Shown here piece after piece: positions 49,584 to 60,015 of a stretch of 64,000 nt of DNA. Below the pieces are notes generated by a model. The model did not search any database. It was given only the letters and a program-made list of their open reading frames with translations, and was not told the DNA's origin. The stretch's first letter is position 1, and every line of letters starts with the position of its first letter. Source of the stretch: an uncultured Candidatus Poseidoniales archaeon (GTDB taxonomy: Archaea > Thermoplasmatota > Poseidoniia > Poseidoniales > Poseidoniaceae); NCBI GenBank assembly GCA_964526445.1, contig CAZGIY010000001.1:20363-84362 (forward strand), in the 5' to 3' direction. The position numbers were made by a program, and so were the translations under genes.

Positions 49584-50267
49584 ATGTTACGTCAATGCAG
49601 AGCACACGGATATTTTGAGGGGCAAAATTGCCCAGTATGCAACGAAGAAGGCAAGTTCATCATGAGTGAGAGAGAAAAAAATGGAATCGGAAGACTGATG
49701 GCAGGAGTACTGCGACATTTCCCTGAAAAATTCAACATTCAGATGGACATCAATGGGTGGGTTAGTTGTAATAGTCTATGCGACGCATTCAAGGAAGCAA
49801 GGCACTATTATCATTGGCTGAGGCCATGGCATTTTGAAGCGATTGCTTCAGCAGAAGCAAAAGGCAGATATCAGGTTGAAGGAGATATGGTTAGAGCAAC
49901 ATATGGTCACAGCGTTGAGATCGAACTAGACCTGCCAACCGATGACATTCCAGAAGCACTGTACTATCCTTGCACTGAAGAAGATCTCAATACTCACTTG
50001 GAACATGGTATCAAAGCAGCAGATCGACAACATGTTCACTTGTCTAAGACTATTGCTAACGCCATGGAAGCCGGTCACGTGAGAATCCACAGGCCGCGTA
50101 TCCTAGAAGTTGATACAGTTCGTGCAATCGCTGATGGAAACTCAATATATCGTGCTGGAACCACAGTGTACCTCAGTGAAGATATACCAAGTGACTATGT
50201 AGAAGTCTTGCCTGAAGATGACCAAATGATAACTGAGATAGTAGCTATTTGGCAAGAAGAGGAATGA
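49584..50267 (+). CDS. kptA: RNA 2'-phosphotransferase Tpt1/KptA with N-terminal zinc ribbon
   Basis: LRH, KGRY, RATYGHS, RQHVHLS. Confidence 0.92.
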   Translation: MLRQCRAHGYFEGQNCPVCNEEGKFIMSEREKNGIGRLMAGVLRHFPEKFNIQMDINGWVSCNSLCDAFKEARHYYHWLRPWHFEAIASAEAKGRYQVEGDMVRATYGHSVEIELDLPTDDIPEALYYPCTEEDLNTHLEHGIKAADRQHVHLSKTIANAMEAGHVRIHRPRILEVDTVRAIADGNSIYRAGTTVYLSEDIPSDYVEVLPEDDQMITEIVAIWQEEE

Positions 50268-50663
50268 TTACTGGAATTTGCCGCAGGCAGAACAGAATTC
50301 TAGGTCCCCTTCAAGTATAGCATCACAATGTTTGCACACTGAATCTCCTTGCTGTGCAGTTTTGCCTTGGGCGATATCTAGATTGGCAACTAAACGGACC
50401 GCTTTCTGTAGTTCTAGGGGATCATGTCCTGCATCTTTCAATTCCTTCCATTTGTATCGGAATGCGATGGCCTCTTGAATTGCCGCCTCTATCTGCAGAC
50501 GTCTACGATTTCGTTCTTCAACATCGGTAATTTCTTCAGACTTTTCCAATTCAGTCTGCAAATGCCGTTGAAATTCATCCACAGTTGGATTATCACCCAT
50601 GAGTCTACGAAGAAGCGATTGGTCTTCATCCCACCGGCGAATGACTTTGAGTAAGGCCCCCAT
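50268..50663 (-). CDS. Hypothetical coiled-coil protein with C-terminal zinc ribbon
   Basis: CKHC...FCSACG. Confidence 0.7.
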   Translation of the reverse strand: MGALLKVIRRWDEDQSLLRRLMGDNPTVDEFQRHLQTELEKSEEITDVEERNRRRLQIEAAIQEAIAFRYKWKELKDAGHDPLELQKAVRLVANLDIAQGKTAQQGDSVCKHCDAILEGDLEFCSACGKFQ

Positions 50664-50672
50664 CCTTACTAC

Positions 50673-51446
50673 ATGGCGCAGCGGGTCTTAGTGAAATTAG
50701 GAGGAGGTTTGATTACTGCCAAGGAAAAACTGTGCATCGCTCGAATGGAAGTCATAGATGCTTGCTCAAACGTAATCGCTAGATTGCAGGAGGAAGGGTG
50801 GAGCCCAATAATCGTCCATGGAGCAGGAGGATTTGGTCATCAAAGAGCCAAGGAATTCAATTTAGCGCAAGGTATGGATGACTCAATTGAAGGACAAGAA
50901 GGAGCAATTCAATTAGTTAGGGCGGAAATGTTGACCTTGAACTCATTAGTATGCGAGTCACTGATAAATTCTGGATTGAAAGTTGCAAGTTTTCCTCCGC
51001 ATACATGGGCAAAGGGAACCGGGCCGAATTTTTTTGGAGATATCGAAATATTCTGTAATGAAAATAGTATAGTCCCAGTAACATTCGGTGATGTCACAGA
51101 TTGTGATGATGATTCGAGATTTGGAATACTATCAGGTGATCACTTAATGCAAAGAATATCTTCAATCGACGATATATCAAAAGCAATATTCTTACTGGAT
51201 GGGATCGATGGATTGATGGATAATCCCGAAAATGGAGAGTTGATTGAACATTTGACTGCCGAATCAAGATTCACAACTCAGCACGATGATGAAATCGATG
51301 TAACTGGTGGCATGGAATTGAAGGTTGAATGTGCTCGCTCAATGTCGCGAGAAGGACTGGAAGTCTGGTTGTTAGATGGAACTAAGCCGGAACGGATGTT
51401 GGAAGCGGTACTGCGTGGCAAGACTATTGGAACTCAGGTATCTTAA
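50673..51446 (+). CDS. ipk: Isopentenyl phosphate kinase
   Basis: VKLGGGLIT, VHGAGGFGH, ILSGD, DVTGGM; upstream of isoprenoid fusion gene. Confidence 0.9.
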   Translation: MAQRVLVKLGGGLITAKEKLCIARMEVIDACSNVIARLQEEGWSPIIVHGAGGFGHQRAKEFNLAQGMDDSIEGQEGAIQLVRAEMLTLNSLVCESLINSGLKVASFPPHTWAKGTGPNFFGDIEIFCNENSIVPVTFGDVTDCDDDSRFGILSGDHLMQRISSIDDISKAIFLLDGIDGLMDNPENGELIEHLTAESRFTTQHDDEIDVTGGMELKVECARSMSREGLEVWLLDGTKPERMLEAVLRGKTIGTQVS

Positions 51447-51507
51447 GTCCTGATGGCTCTCAGTCCATGTTTTATGCTTAATGCACGTGCGTAAGATAGG
51501 CGAGCAC

Positions 51508-53190
51508 ATGAACAGTGGAGGCGATTCTCTACCCGGGCACTCCGCGCAACAGGTCGATTTCATGATGGAACGCCTAATTTATGTCAACGAAGATGACAAA
51601 CCTATAGGGTATGTTGAAAAGTTTGATGCCCATTTTGGCAGAGGGTGTTTACATCGCGCCTTTTCTCTACTCGTCTTTGATTCCAGCAATAGATTACTTC
51701 TACAGAAGCGCTCTAGTGATAAAATCACATTTCCCGGAATATGGGCTAATACTTGTTGCTCGCATCCGTTGAACAATGACGAAGAAAGAAACGGCTTTGA
51801 AGGTAGCATCAAAGCAGCAATACGAAAGGTGGAGCAAGAATTAGGAGTTGACACTACTGATTTGAGACCGGAAATGTTTGTCCCTGCTTCCAAGATGCTG
51901 TATATGTCAAGAATGGATGAGGAATGGGTTGAGAAAGAGTTGGATCATATCATTATTCTAAGAAGCGACCTTGTTTGCTCACCTAATCCAAATGAGGTAG
52001 AAGAAATAAAGTGGGTAAGTGAGGAAGAGTTACAAGAATTTCTTGCTGATTCTAAAGGTGAAATCATTGCGCCTTGGTTTAGATTGATTGCTGAAAGACT
52101 TCTTCCCGCATGGTGGGAGGATTTAGATTCAGTAAGTGACGATGGTCTGATTCATAATTTTGGACGTATCGACCTAGTACCATCTCCAATTATTGGCGAA
52201 ACTTTGGAGCAGGCAGTTGCTAGGTGCCGACCTCGGGTCGAGGAATTGCTCGTACAGGCACTAAACAAGACGTCTGTACCACGTTTGCGGAATGCAATGA
52301 TGCACTTGATCGAAGGAGGAGGTAAACGCTTGCGAGCAACATTGCCACAATTGGTAGCAGAGGCATTAGATGTGAGTCCAGAAAATGAAGATCTAGAATT
52401 TGTGGGAGCTGCACTAGAAGTCATTCACAATTTCACTTTAGTTCATGATGACATTATGGATGATGATGAAATCAGGAGAGGGCGCCCCGCAGTGCACATA
52501 GAATATGATGTACCTACTGCGATTAATGCCGGAGATGCTATGTTGGCAATAGGTTTTGAATTGCTCGTAGAGGATGGAAATATTGCACCTGATTATCTTT
52601 CAGATGTCATTTTGGACATCTCTTCAATGGTTCGCAAAGTTTCAGAGGGGCAACAACTCGATATCGCTTTCGAGAATGAAGAGAATATAGGTGTTGTAGA
52701 ATATATGCAAATGATCGAAGGCAAGACCGCAATTATGTTCCAAACCGCTGCGCGCCTTGGCGCATTACTTTCTGGAGCAAGGGATAAAATTGTAGATGCT
52801 TGTACTAACTGGGGTCTGCATTTGGGAATGTGTTTCCAGTTGATGGATGATTTAATCGACGTATTGAGTGATGGAAAGACATTGGGTAAACCAAGAGGCA
52901 GTGATATTGCTCAGGGGAAGAAGACTCTCATGGTACTACACGCTCTAGAACAGCAAGGTGATGATGTTGACTTGTTGAAATCTATTCTTGGTAAAGGCGA
53001 GAATGCAACTCAGGATGAATTAGATTCTGCAATAGGGGCCTTGGAACGATTGGGTTCTATCCAATACGCGCGGGAAACCGCCGAAGCTTGCCACAATTCT
53101 GCCCATGTGGAACTAGATAGATTACCGTATTGGGCAGAACTCTCTGTTTTACGAGAGTTAACAGATTGGCAGATAAAAAGAATTTCTTGA
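51508..53190 (+). CDS. Fusion of type 1 IPP isomerase (Nudix) and short-chain prenyl diphosphate (GGPP) synthase
   Basis: LHRAFS, KITFP, NTCCSHP; then GGKRLR, NFTLVHDDIMD..RRG, GQQLD, KTA, FQLMDD. Confidence 0.92.
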   Translation: MNSGGDSLPGHSAQQVDFMMERLIYVNEDDKPIGYVEKFDAHFGRGCLHRAFSLLVFDSSNRLLLQKRSSDKITFPGIWANTCCSHPLNNDEERNGFEGSIKAAIRKVEQELGVDTTDLRPEMFVPASKMLYMSRMDEEWVEKELDHIIILRSDLVCSPNPNEVEEIKWVSEEELQEFLADSKGEIIAPWFRLIAERLLPAWWEDLDSVSDDGLIHNFGRIDLVPSPIIGETLEQAVARCRPRVEELLVQALNKTSVPRLRNAMMHLIEGGGKRLRATLPQLVAEALDVSPENEDLEFVGAALEVIHNFTLVHDDIMDDDEIRRGRPAVHIEYDVPTAINAGDAMLAIGFELLVEDGNIAPDYLSDVILDISSMVRKVSEGQQLDIAFENEENIGVVEYMQMIEGKTAIMFQTAARLGALLSGARDKIVDACTNWGLHLGMCFQLMDDLIDVLSDGKTLGKPRGSDIAQGKKTLMVLHALEQQGDDVDLLKSILGKGENATQDELDSAIGALERLGSIQYARETAEACHNSAHVELDRLPYWAELSVLRELTDWQIKRIS

Positions 53191-55401
53191 TCAATCTGTG
53201 TAGTAGGCCTCATCAGGAACATCGGCCTTCAGGCCCTTTCTCTGCCGAATCTTTCCTACAGTCTTCTCAAACAATTGAGGTGGAAGTATATCGAATCCAC
53301 AGTTCTCACTATTCCACACGGCACGACCTTGGCTAGCAGCCCTGATATCATTTGAGAAACCAAAAGTTTCAGCTACAGGCACTGTTCCAACAACGGTTGT
53401 TACCTCACCATCCGCCGGCATATCCTCAATGACTCCTCGACGGTTGGAAATTTCACGTGATACGCCTCCAAGCCAATCATTTGGCACACTGACAAACATC
53501 TTCTGCATTGGTTCCATAATCACCGGACGCGCGCGCAGACATGCTCCTTTGATTGAATTCCGAACCGCAGGGATGGTCTGCGCCGGTCCTCTGTGAATAG
53601 CATCCTCGTGCAACTTTGCATCCACCAGGCGAACGAACATACCCATCATTGGTTCCTCAGCGATTGGCCCCCTCTTGCAGACCGCATTGAACGCTTCAAT
53701 AATCAATTCACGAGTCTCGTGTAGATTCTGAATACCCTTTGTGTCATTCACTAAAACATTGGTTCCGTTGATAGCATAGATCTTACGCATCAAATCCTTG
53801 TCCATGCCATCGAATTCGCCAAACTTGTTTCCAATTTCTTTAGAATCCTTGTTTCTAATTGTACCGTCTCCAAAGTGGCCCTCTCTTAAAGCCTGAATAA
53901 CCTCGTCGGGAAGTTTCTCTACCTCCACATAGAATCGGTTATGTCTATTTGGAGACTTACCCTCGAATGCATGTCCACGATTACTCGATTCTACCGATTC
54001 ACGATATACGACAATAGGTGGACTGACCTTGACCTTGATTCCCTGTTCCTCTTCGATACGATAAGTGGTAATTTCTAGGTGCAATTCTCCCATTCCAGCC
54101 AATAACGCTTCTCCAGTCTCTTGGTTAGTGGTAACTAGGAGGCTAGCGTCAGCCTTTGCTAGTGATCGCAAAGCATCGATGAACTTTGGTAAGTCTTTCA
54201 TCGACTGTGGTTCCACAGCAACGGTGACTACAGGCTCCGAATAGTGCCTAATGGCTTCGAAGGGAGTGAATTCCTTATCTCTTGAAATTGTTACTCCGGC
54301 AGCAGCAGAGCGGATACCAGTTAGCGCAGCAATGTTTCCAGCGACGACGGAGGGGACTGAGATTCTGTCTCCTCCAACCATCATGCTGACTTGCTGAACT
54401 CTCTCGGCTTTACTTGCACCTAGAGCCCAAACGCTCTCTCCTTGATTAATTGCTCCTGAATATATTCGACCAACTGCAACTTCCCCTGCATGCGGGTCCA
54501 TCCAAATCTTGGTAATCATCATCGCCAACTCTCCATCGGGGTCACAATTCAACATTGACTGACCAATCTGTGTATCGATATCTCCGTTCCAGATGTTAGG
54601 AATACGATAATTCTGAGCCTCGACAGGACCTGGTAATTTGGACACAGCCATATCGAGAAGAACCTCATGAACTGGTGCCTTCTTTGACAACTCCTTCTGC
54701 TGCTCATTGTGGCAGTGTTCAAAGATATCAGTGAATGAAATTCCGGACTTCTGCATGTATGGGACGGTAATTCCCCAGTTGTGGTAGGCAGAGCCGAATG
54801 CAACAGTTCCATCTGCAACACTCACCTGCCAATCTTTCTTTTTCTCTTCTGGTGCGAATTGACGAATTAGCTTATTCACCTTGGTGATAGTTCCCTTGAA
54901 ACGTTCCATCATATCCTCTGGAGTCACTTGCAATTCATTGATCAAACGATCTACCTTATTGATGAATAGAACAGGCTTTACCTTTTCCTTAAGGGCTTGA
55001 CGTACGACGGTTTCAGTCTGCGGCATTGGCCCTTCTACAGCGCAAGCAAGAATGAAACAACCGTCTACTGCGCGCATGGCACGAGTTACGTCTCCACCAA
55101 AATCAACGTGCCCTGGTGTATCGATGAGATTGATTAGGAAATCAACACCCTCTACACCGTGAACCATAGAAGCACTAGCAGCATTGATGGTAATTCCACG
55201 GGCACTCTCTTGCTCATCGAAATCAAGAACTCTACTCTTGCCAGCAAGATCTTCTGACATCATACCGGCACCTGCGATTAGATTGTCAGACAAAGTCGTC
55301 TTTCCGTGATCTATGTGGGCTGCGATACACAAATTCCTGATTTGTGGCAGAATATGCATCACTTCAGTAGCTCTCTTGATATTGTCTTCCTTACGGCCCA
55401 T
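53191..55401 (-). CDS. fusA: Elongation factor aEF-2
   Basis: [26 protein letters not shown], diphthamide loop HEDAIHRG. Confidence 0.98.
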   Translation of the reverse strand: MGRKEDNIKRATEVMHILPQIRNLCIAAHIDHGKTTLSDNLIAGAGMMSEDLAGKSRVLDFDEQESARGITINAASASMVHGVEGVDFLINLIDTPGHVDFGGDVTRAMRAVDGCFILACAVEGPMPQTETVVRQALKEKVKPVLFINKVDRLINELQVTPEDMMERFKGTITKVNKLIRQFAPEEKKKDWQVSVADGTVAFGSAYHNWGITVPYMQKSGISFTDIFEHCHNEQQKELSKKAPVHEVLLDMAVSKLPGPVEAQNYRIPNIWNGDIDTQIGQSMLNCDPDGELAMMITKIWMDPHAGEVAVGRIYSGAINQGESVWALGASKAERVQQVSMMVGGDRISVPSVVAGNIAALTGIRSAAAGVTISRDKEFTPFEAIRHYSEPVVTVAVEPQSMKDLPKFIDALRSLAKADASLLVTTNQETGEALLAGMGELHLEITTYRIEEEQGIKVKVSPPIVVYRESVESSNRGHAFEGKSPNRHNRFYVEVEKLPDEVIQALREGHFGDGTIRNKDSKEIGNKFGEFDGMDKDLMRKIYAINGTNVLVNDTKGIQNLHETRELIIEAFNAVCKRGPIAEEPMMGMFVRLVDAKLHEDAIHRGPAQTIPAVRNSIKGACLRARPVIMEPMQKMFVSVPNDWLGGVSREISNRRGVIEDMPADGEVTTVVGTVPVAETFGFSNDIRAASQGRAVWNSENCGFDILPPQLFEKTVGKIRQRKGLKADVPDEAYYTD

Positions 55402-55488
55402 TCAATCGCCTCAGTGGCCCGGCGACCGGACCTCTATTAATGAAGCCATCCATACCCGTAGGGTATGGAAATTCTAACAGGATGGCTA

Positions 55489-56139
55489 TCAGCGTGCCGA
55501 GGCAGCGATTCTTTCGAGCTCTTCACGCTTTGCTACAGCAAAGGAAGTGACATCTCCTTCAGATGCCTTTACTAGTTCATTTACGATACATTGTGTCAAA
55601 GTGCGCTTAGATTTGTGTGTGCCTGACTGAGCGCCCTTGGCAAGATTGCGAAGAGCAACGTCTAGGCGTCGCATTGGTGCAGAATCAACAGCCTTGGGCT
55701 GACTGACTGCTCCAAACTTGATTCGGGTGATTTCCTCCATTGGGGCGCCATTGCAGATCGCATCCACAAAAGTTTGCAATGGATTACTTCCACTGCGCTC
55801 GGAAATCTTGTCTAGTGCGGTTTCAAAGGCCTTGGAGGCGCCCATCTTCTTTCCAGTGTATTTTCCAGTGCGCATCAGATTGTTGATAAAACGTTCAACA
55901 ACAGACAACTTGGTCTTACCAAACCAAGAATTAGCGTGCCTACCGCCACTGTGTGGTGCCCCTACAGTCTTGAGGTTGACATATGGGGCTAGACCAGGGT
56001 CTCTGCAGACTACTTCAGATGCATCCCACTTGCCGAATACTAAGGTTCCAATACCTGCAATTGGTGTTTCGTCAACCTCTGGCTCTGGAGCCTCCACAAT
56101 TTCCTCAACTGCGTCTTCCACAACTTCTTCATCAGACAT
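55489..56139 (-). CDS. rps7: Ribosomal protein uS7 with acidic N-terminal extension
   Basis: PHSGGRH, VERFINNLM, NPLQ, AVDSAPMRR, ERIAASAR. Confidence 0.96.
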   Translation of the reverse strand: MSDEEVVEDAVEEIVEAPEPEVDETPIAGIGTLVFGKWDASEVVCRDPGLAPYVNLKTVGAPHSGGRHANSWFGKTKLSVVERFINNLMRTGKYTGKKMGASKAFETALDKISERSGSNPLQTFVDAICNGAPMEEITRIKFGAVSQPKAVDSAPMRRLDVALRNLAKGAQSGTHKSKRTLTQCIVNELVKASEGDVTSFAVAKREELERIAASAR

Positions 56140-56148
56140 TGTGATACC

Positions 56149-56577
56149 TCAGCGAACTGGCTTCTCCTTTCTACCTCGGACCATCTCATCGAGACTGACC
56201 CCATTGACCTTGATTACCTTGTAGCGAACACCGGGAATATCTCCGTATGAACGACCCATGCGGCCACCGATTCCTTCGACCATGACCTCATCATGTTCAT
56301 CGATGAAATTGATAGCACCATCTCCAGGTGCGAATGCGGTCAACTTGTTTCCGCTCTTAATCAATGAAATCTTGACAGCCTTACGAATTCCGGAATTAGG
56401 TTGCTTAGCCTCAATACCTACTTTCTCAATGACTATGCCGCGAGCCTGAGTAGATCCACGCAATGGGTCGTGTTTCTCTCTTGACTTGATCATGCGCTTC
56501 TTGTATCGGCGATCAGACCAGCGGAACTTCTGGCGGTCTTTCGCCATCTTCCTAGCTGCGAATAGTCCTCTACCCAT
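56149..56577 (-). CDS. rps12: Ribosomal protein uS12
   Basis: [36 protein letters not shown]. Confidence 0.98.
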   Translation of the reverse strand: MGRGLFAARKMAKDRQKFRWSDRRYKKRMIKSREKHDPLRGSTQARGIVIEKVGIEAKQPNSGIRKAVKISLIKSGNKLTAFAPGDGAINFIDEHDEVMVEGIGGRMGRSYGDIPGVRYKVIKVNGVSLDEMVRGRKEKPVR

Positions 56578-56717
56578 GTGCAAACCCCGTTTGAAGCAGG
56601 TCGCCGACTTGCCCCCCCTATTTGACCATGACGGAAGGTAGAGGTTCATTGTGCACAGGACAACGATTCTACAGCGATGCGCGCAATGTTCAATGATGGT
56701 TAAACTCTCGGGCGTTC

Positions 56718-57980
56718 ATGGGATTCAGGGAGTTGCTTGAATATGCTGAGAAAGTACCAACTCCGATTTCTTGTATTCATGGATTCTTGAATACTTCAAA
56801 AAGCAAGGGGAATACGCCATTGTGGTTTGATTCAGTCTCCGAATCACCTGGTCATGGAGCAGCATTGAATCTACTAGATCGACGCTCATTATGCAAGTCT
56901 TTGGATATCAAGCCATCAGAGTTGATGGATTTGATGATACAAGCAATGTCGTCCCCTTCAAACCCTCAACAGATTTCTGAATCTCGAGCCTTGGAGAATT
57001 CAATGCCAGTCGATCTAACCTCCTTACCAATACCTTGGCACCATCCTGAAGATGCTGGGAGATATATGTCGGCAAGCATCATTATTGCTGAATACGAGGG
57101 TGTGCGAAATCTTTCATTCCACAGACAGTTGGTACTTGATTCAAAGCGCTTGGCAGCGCGATTGGTACCTCGACACTTGAGAACGATGTTGGATGAAGCG
57201 AGGTCGAAAGGCGATGAAGTTAACATAGCCATAGTCAATGGAACCGACCCTTTAGTCCTCCTAGCTGCTGCAATGTCATTCAATGAACCTCTAGATGAAT
57301 TGAGCGTTGCATCCGCTATGCACAGGGCACTGTTTGGCAGGGAATTAGAGGTCATTAAACTAGAGAATGGGATTACCGTTCCCGCTGATGCGGAATACAT
57401 CATGCAGGCCCGCATAACTACGGAGGATGCAGAAGAAGGACCCTATGTTGACATTACTGGCACAGTTGATGAAGTACGAATGGAACCAGTGATAGTGGTT
57501 GACAGGATAAATCATGCAAACAATCCAGTCATGCATGTATTGATTCCAGGATATGCTGAGCATAGAAACCTGATGGGCCTTCCAAGAGCTCCTACGATAA
57601 AATCGGCTGTATCTGAAGTCGTGAAATGCAATGATGTATTTCTCAGCGAAGGCGGATGTGGATGGCTATCGGCAGTTGTATCGATAGAACCCAAAAACCC
57701 TGATGATGCAAGCAATGCGATTCATGCCGCTTTGAAGGGCCATCCTTCCATGAAACAGGTCATCATCGTCAACGGTGATGTCGATATTACTGACCCTGTG
57801 CGCGTAGAATGGGCAATGATGACTCGCTGGCAACCGGACAAAGATACAATCATCCTCAGTGGGCAAAAAGGTTCGACACTTGATCCTTCGCGCAATGAAG
57901 ATGGAACCACCTCCAAAGTAGGATTTGATGCCACTTTGCCCTTTGGCAAAGAAGGTAAGGAATTCATCAGTGTATTGTGA
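56718..57980 (+). CDS. UbiD-family prFMN decarboxylase, probably anhydromevalonate phosphate decarboxylase
   Basis: DAGRY, NLSFHR, RLVPRHL, EGPYVDITGT, GGCGWL, GSTLDPS, GFDAT. Confidence 0.85.
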   Translation: MGFRELLEYAEKVPTPISCIHGFLNTSKSKGNTPLWFDSVSESPGHGAALNLLDRRSLCKSLDIKPSELMDLMIQAMSSPSNPQQISESRALENSMPVDLTSLPIPWHHPEDAGRYMSASIIIAEYEGVRNLSFHRQLVLDSKRLAARLVPRHLRTMLDEARSKGDEVNIAIVNGTDPLVLLAAAMSFNEPLDELSVASAMHRALFGRELEVIKLENGITVPADAEYIMQARITTEDAEEGPYVDITGTVDEVRMEPVIVVDRINHANNPVMHVLIPGYAEHRNLMGLPRAPTIKSAVSEVVKCNDVFLSEGGCGWLSAVVSIEPKNPDDASNAIHAALKGHPSMKQVIIVNGDVDITDPVRVEWAMMTRWQPDKDTIILSGQKGSTLDPSRNEDGTTSKVGFDATLPFGKEGKEFISVL

Positions 57981-58025
57981 ACATTTGACCGCAATCGACT
58001 TGAGTCATGCTACTGTCCTTCGGGC

Positions 58026-59012
58026 GTGGTAGAAGACAGCGCGGCTGAATTACAACACCCTCGTCGCAATCTCGCGAACCGATATCGTAGTCAAGCAGAA
58101 AAGTTCGTCAAACTGGCACGTAAAGACACTGAAAGACGCAATGAAAACATGGCGTGGGCAGAACAGAATGCCCAACAGGCATTGTTACATGATTTCACCG
58201 ACGAAAGAAATTGGTTGACTCTAGTACATGTCAAGAGGAGTAGGGATGATAGAGACGGAATACATCGTTGCTTGGAAGACCTTTTCATAGTCCTAGGAAG
58301 AGACCCAGATAGATTACAGGAACTAAACCAAATTGATATGCTGACCCATGGACATGGGTTGATGAGTGCATCATTAACGGAAGACCCCTTACAAGTGGAA
58401 GAATGGTGGAAGAGAATTTCCGAAAAAGAGGCAATCGAGAATTTTGCACAAAGATGTAGAAGGCTGGATTTTAGGGATCAGAGAGCCAACATAATTTTTG
58501 GAAGGAGGATGCAGAAACTTCGCGAGAACGGGATGGTTGATTTATTTCTTGAATTGTCGCAGCATCTTCTAGCCCATCGTCCCTCAAATCACGAGCTTTG
58601 GCTTGAGATGGGTAGGCTATATGAGCAACGTTCTGAATTTGATGAGGCGTGGTTGTGTTATGACCACGTACAAAGTCTGAGGCCCCATTTGCTAGAAAGA
58701 GATAAGTTACTAGAGCGTTTGACAAAAAGGATGGATGATAAGCTCGAGTGGACACCTCCTACAGAGAGTATTCGCGATAAGTTCCTTCGCAGGATGGAAG
58801 ACCTAGCAAGGGTTGTCGGCAGTCAAGAATCGTTAGATGAGGAAATACCTGATGATGAAATCCAGGTTGAGAATCAGGAGCAAGTTCGACTTGAATCGTT
58901 ACTCGAACTAGGTAATTCGGAAGAGGCGTTCTTCTTAGCGCGGAGATTGCTTAGTAGTGGTGAAGAATGGGCACGTGAATATATGGATAGAGCATCGAAG
59001 ATGTTCAAGTGA
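58026..59012 (+). CDS. TPR-containing hypothetical protein
   Basis: All-helical; PSNHELWLEMGRLYEQRSEFDEAWLCYDHVQSLRP is a TPR-like unit. Confidence 0.75.
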   Translation: MVEDSAAELQHPRRNLANRYRSQAEKFVKLARKDTERRNENMAWAEQNAQQALLHDFTDERNWLTLVHVKRSRDDRDGIHRCLEDLFIVLGRDPDRLQELNQIDMLTHGHGLMSASLTEDPLQVEEWWKRISEKEAIENFAQRCRRLDFRDQRANIIFGRRMQKLRENGMVDLFLELSQHLLAHRPSNHELWLEMGRLYEQRSEFDEAWLCYDHVQSLRPHLLERDKLLERLTKRMDDKLEWTPPTESIRDKFLRRMEDLARVVGSQESLDEEIPDDEIQVENQEQVRLESLLELGNSEEAFFLARRLLSSGEEWAREYMDRASKMFK

Positions 59013-60015
59013 TCTTGACCAATTCCTTCATGCGCATACTCCATGGTCCCGGCTCAATTTCAAAGGCAACTGCTGTTTCAGAGGCCAATAAAGGATCTTG
59101 AATCGATTTGGGGCCAGATTCCAGCCAAGGCATTTCTGAAACTCTATCCAAAACCACAGCAGCAGATAATAGACTTCTAAGATCTGGTCTTTCATTGCCA
59201 GAAAAATCATCCTCTCGATCTATACAATCTTCGAATATTGAATTTAGGTCCTCTCTAGATACGGCAGGCCCTTGCCTATCTTCAGCAAATGATTGAGCAC
59301 CCGGCGTTGCAACTTGGACATCAAGAGCTTCTGCACCTTCATGAATATGATTTGATGCAAGGCCTAGAAATAATGTATTTGCTTGCCATACTAGTGCAGG
59401 AAATGATGAGTCATGTGCATGTTTGATCGCATTCCATGAATTACGAATCGCACTGAAAATCTGCCCCACTCCGGCAAGAATACCTGCCGCTCCCATACGA
59501 GACAAGGCCAATGTTTCAGATGCATGGCCAGCAGTAGTTGAAATCTCCCCATATACTTGCAAGGCCATCAGTGGAGCCTGAGTAGATAGATGGAAAGATG
59601 CCTTGTTTAGTAGAGACAAATCGTGATCTCTACTGGCTGATGCGACAGAACGTAAGCGCGTTTCTGCCCACGTTAGGTCACCATCGGCACCCTCAATATC
59701 TCCTTCCAGAAATCTTTGCAAGCCTCGTTCCATTCTAGCCCTGCCTTCGAGAGCGAGGTCTCTAGTCTCCTTTTGGGAAGTTAATTCAAGCGCTTGTTGG
59801 ATCAATTCCATAGGATCTTCTTCTCGATATCTACATTCGGTGATTTTGAGAATACTCTCTTCTGCTACGCTTAATCCAGATTTCAGGAGTTGTAGTGTCT
59901 TATCGTCTCCCTCACCTAATGCTTGTTCTGCAAGAACGAGTGGTGAATATTCCTGCGTGGCGGCACTACCATCGCGAAATGCCTGTAATGCTTCTGCAGG
60001 GGTATCAAATGTCAT
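59005..60015 (-). CDS. Helical-repeat hypothetical protein
   Basis: 336-aa Ala/Leu-rich ORF coupled to the DHH gene. Confidence 0.7.
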   Translation of the reverse strand: MTFDTPAEALQAFRDGSAATQEYSPLVLAEQALGEGDDKTLQLLKSGLSVAEESILKITECRYREEDPMELIQQALELTSQKETRDLALEGRARMERGLQRFLEGDIEGADGDLTWAETRLRSVASASRDHDLSLLNKASFHLSTQAPLMALQVYGEISTTAGHASETLALSRMGAAGILAGVGQIFSAIRNSWNAIKHAHDSSFPALVWQANTLFLGLASNHIHEGAEALDVQVATPGAQSFAEDRQGPAVSREDLNSIFEDCIDREDDFSGNERPDLRSLLSAAVVLDRVSEMPWLESGPKSIQDPLLASETAVAFEIEPGPWSMRMKELVKIT

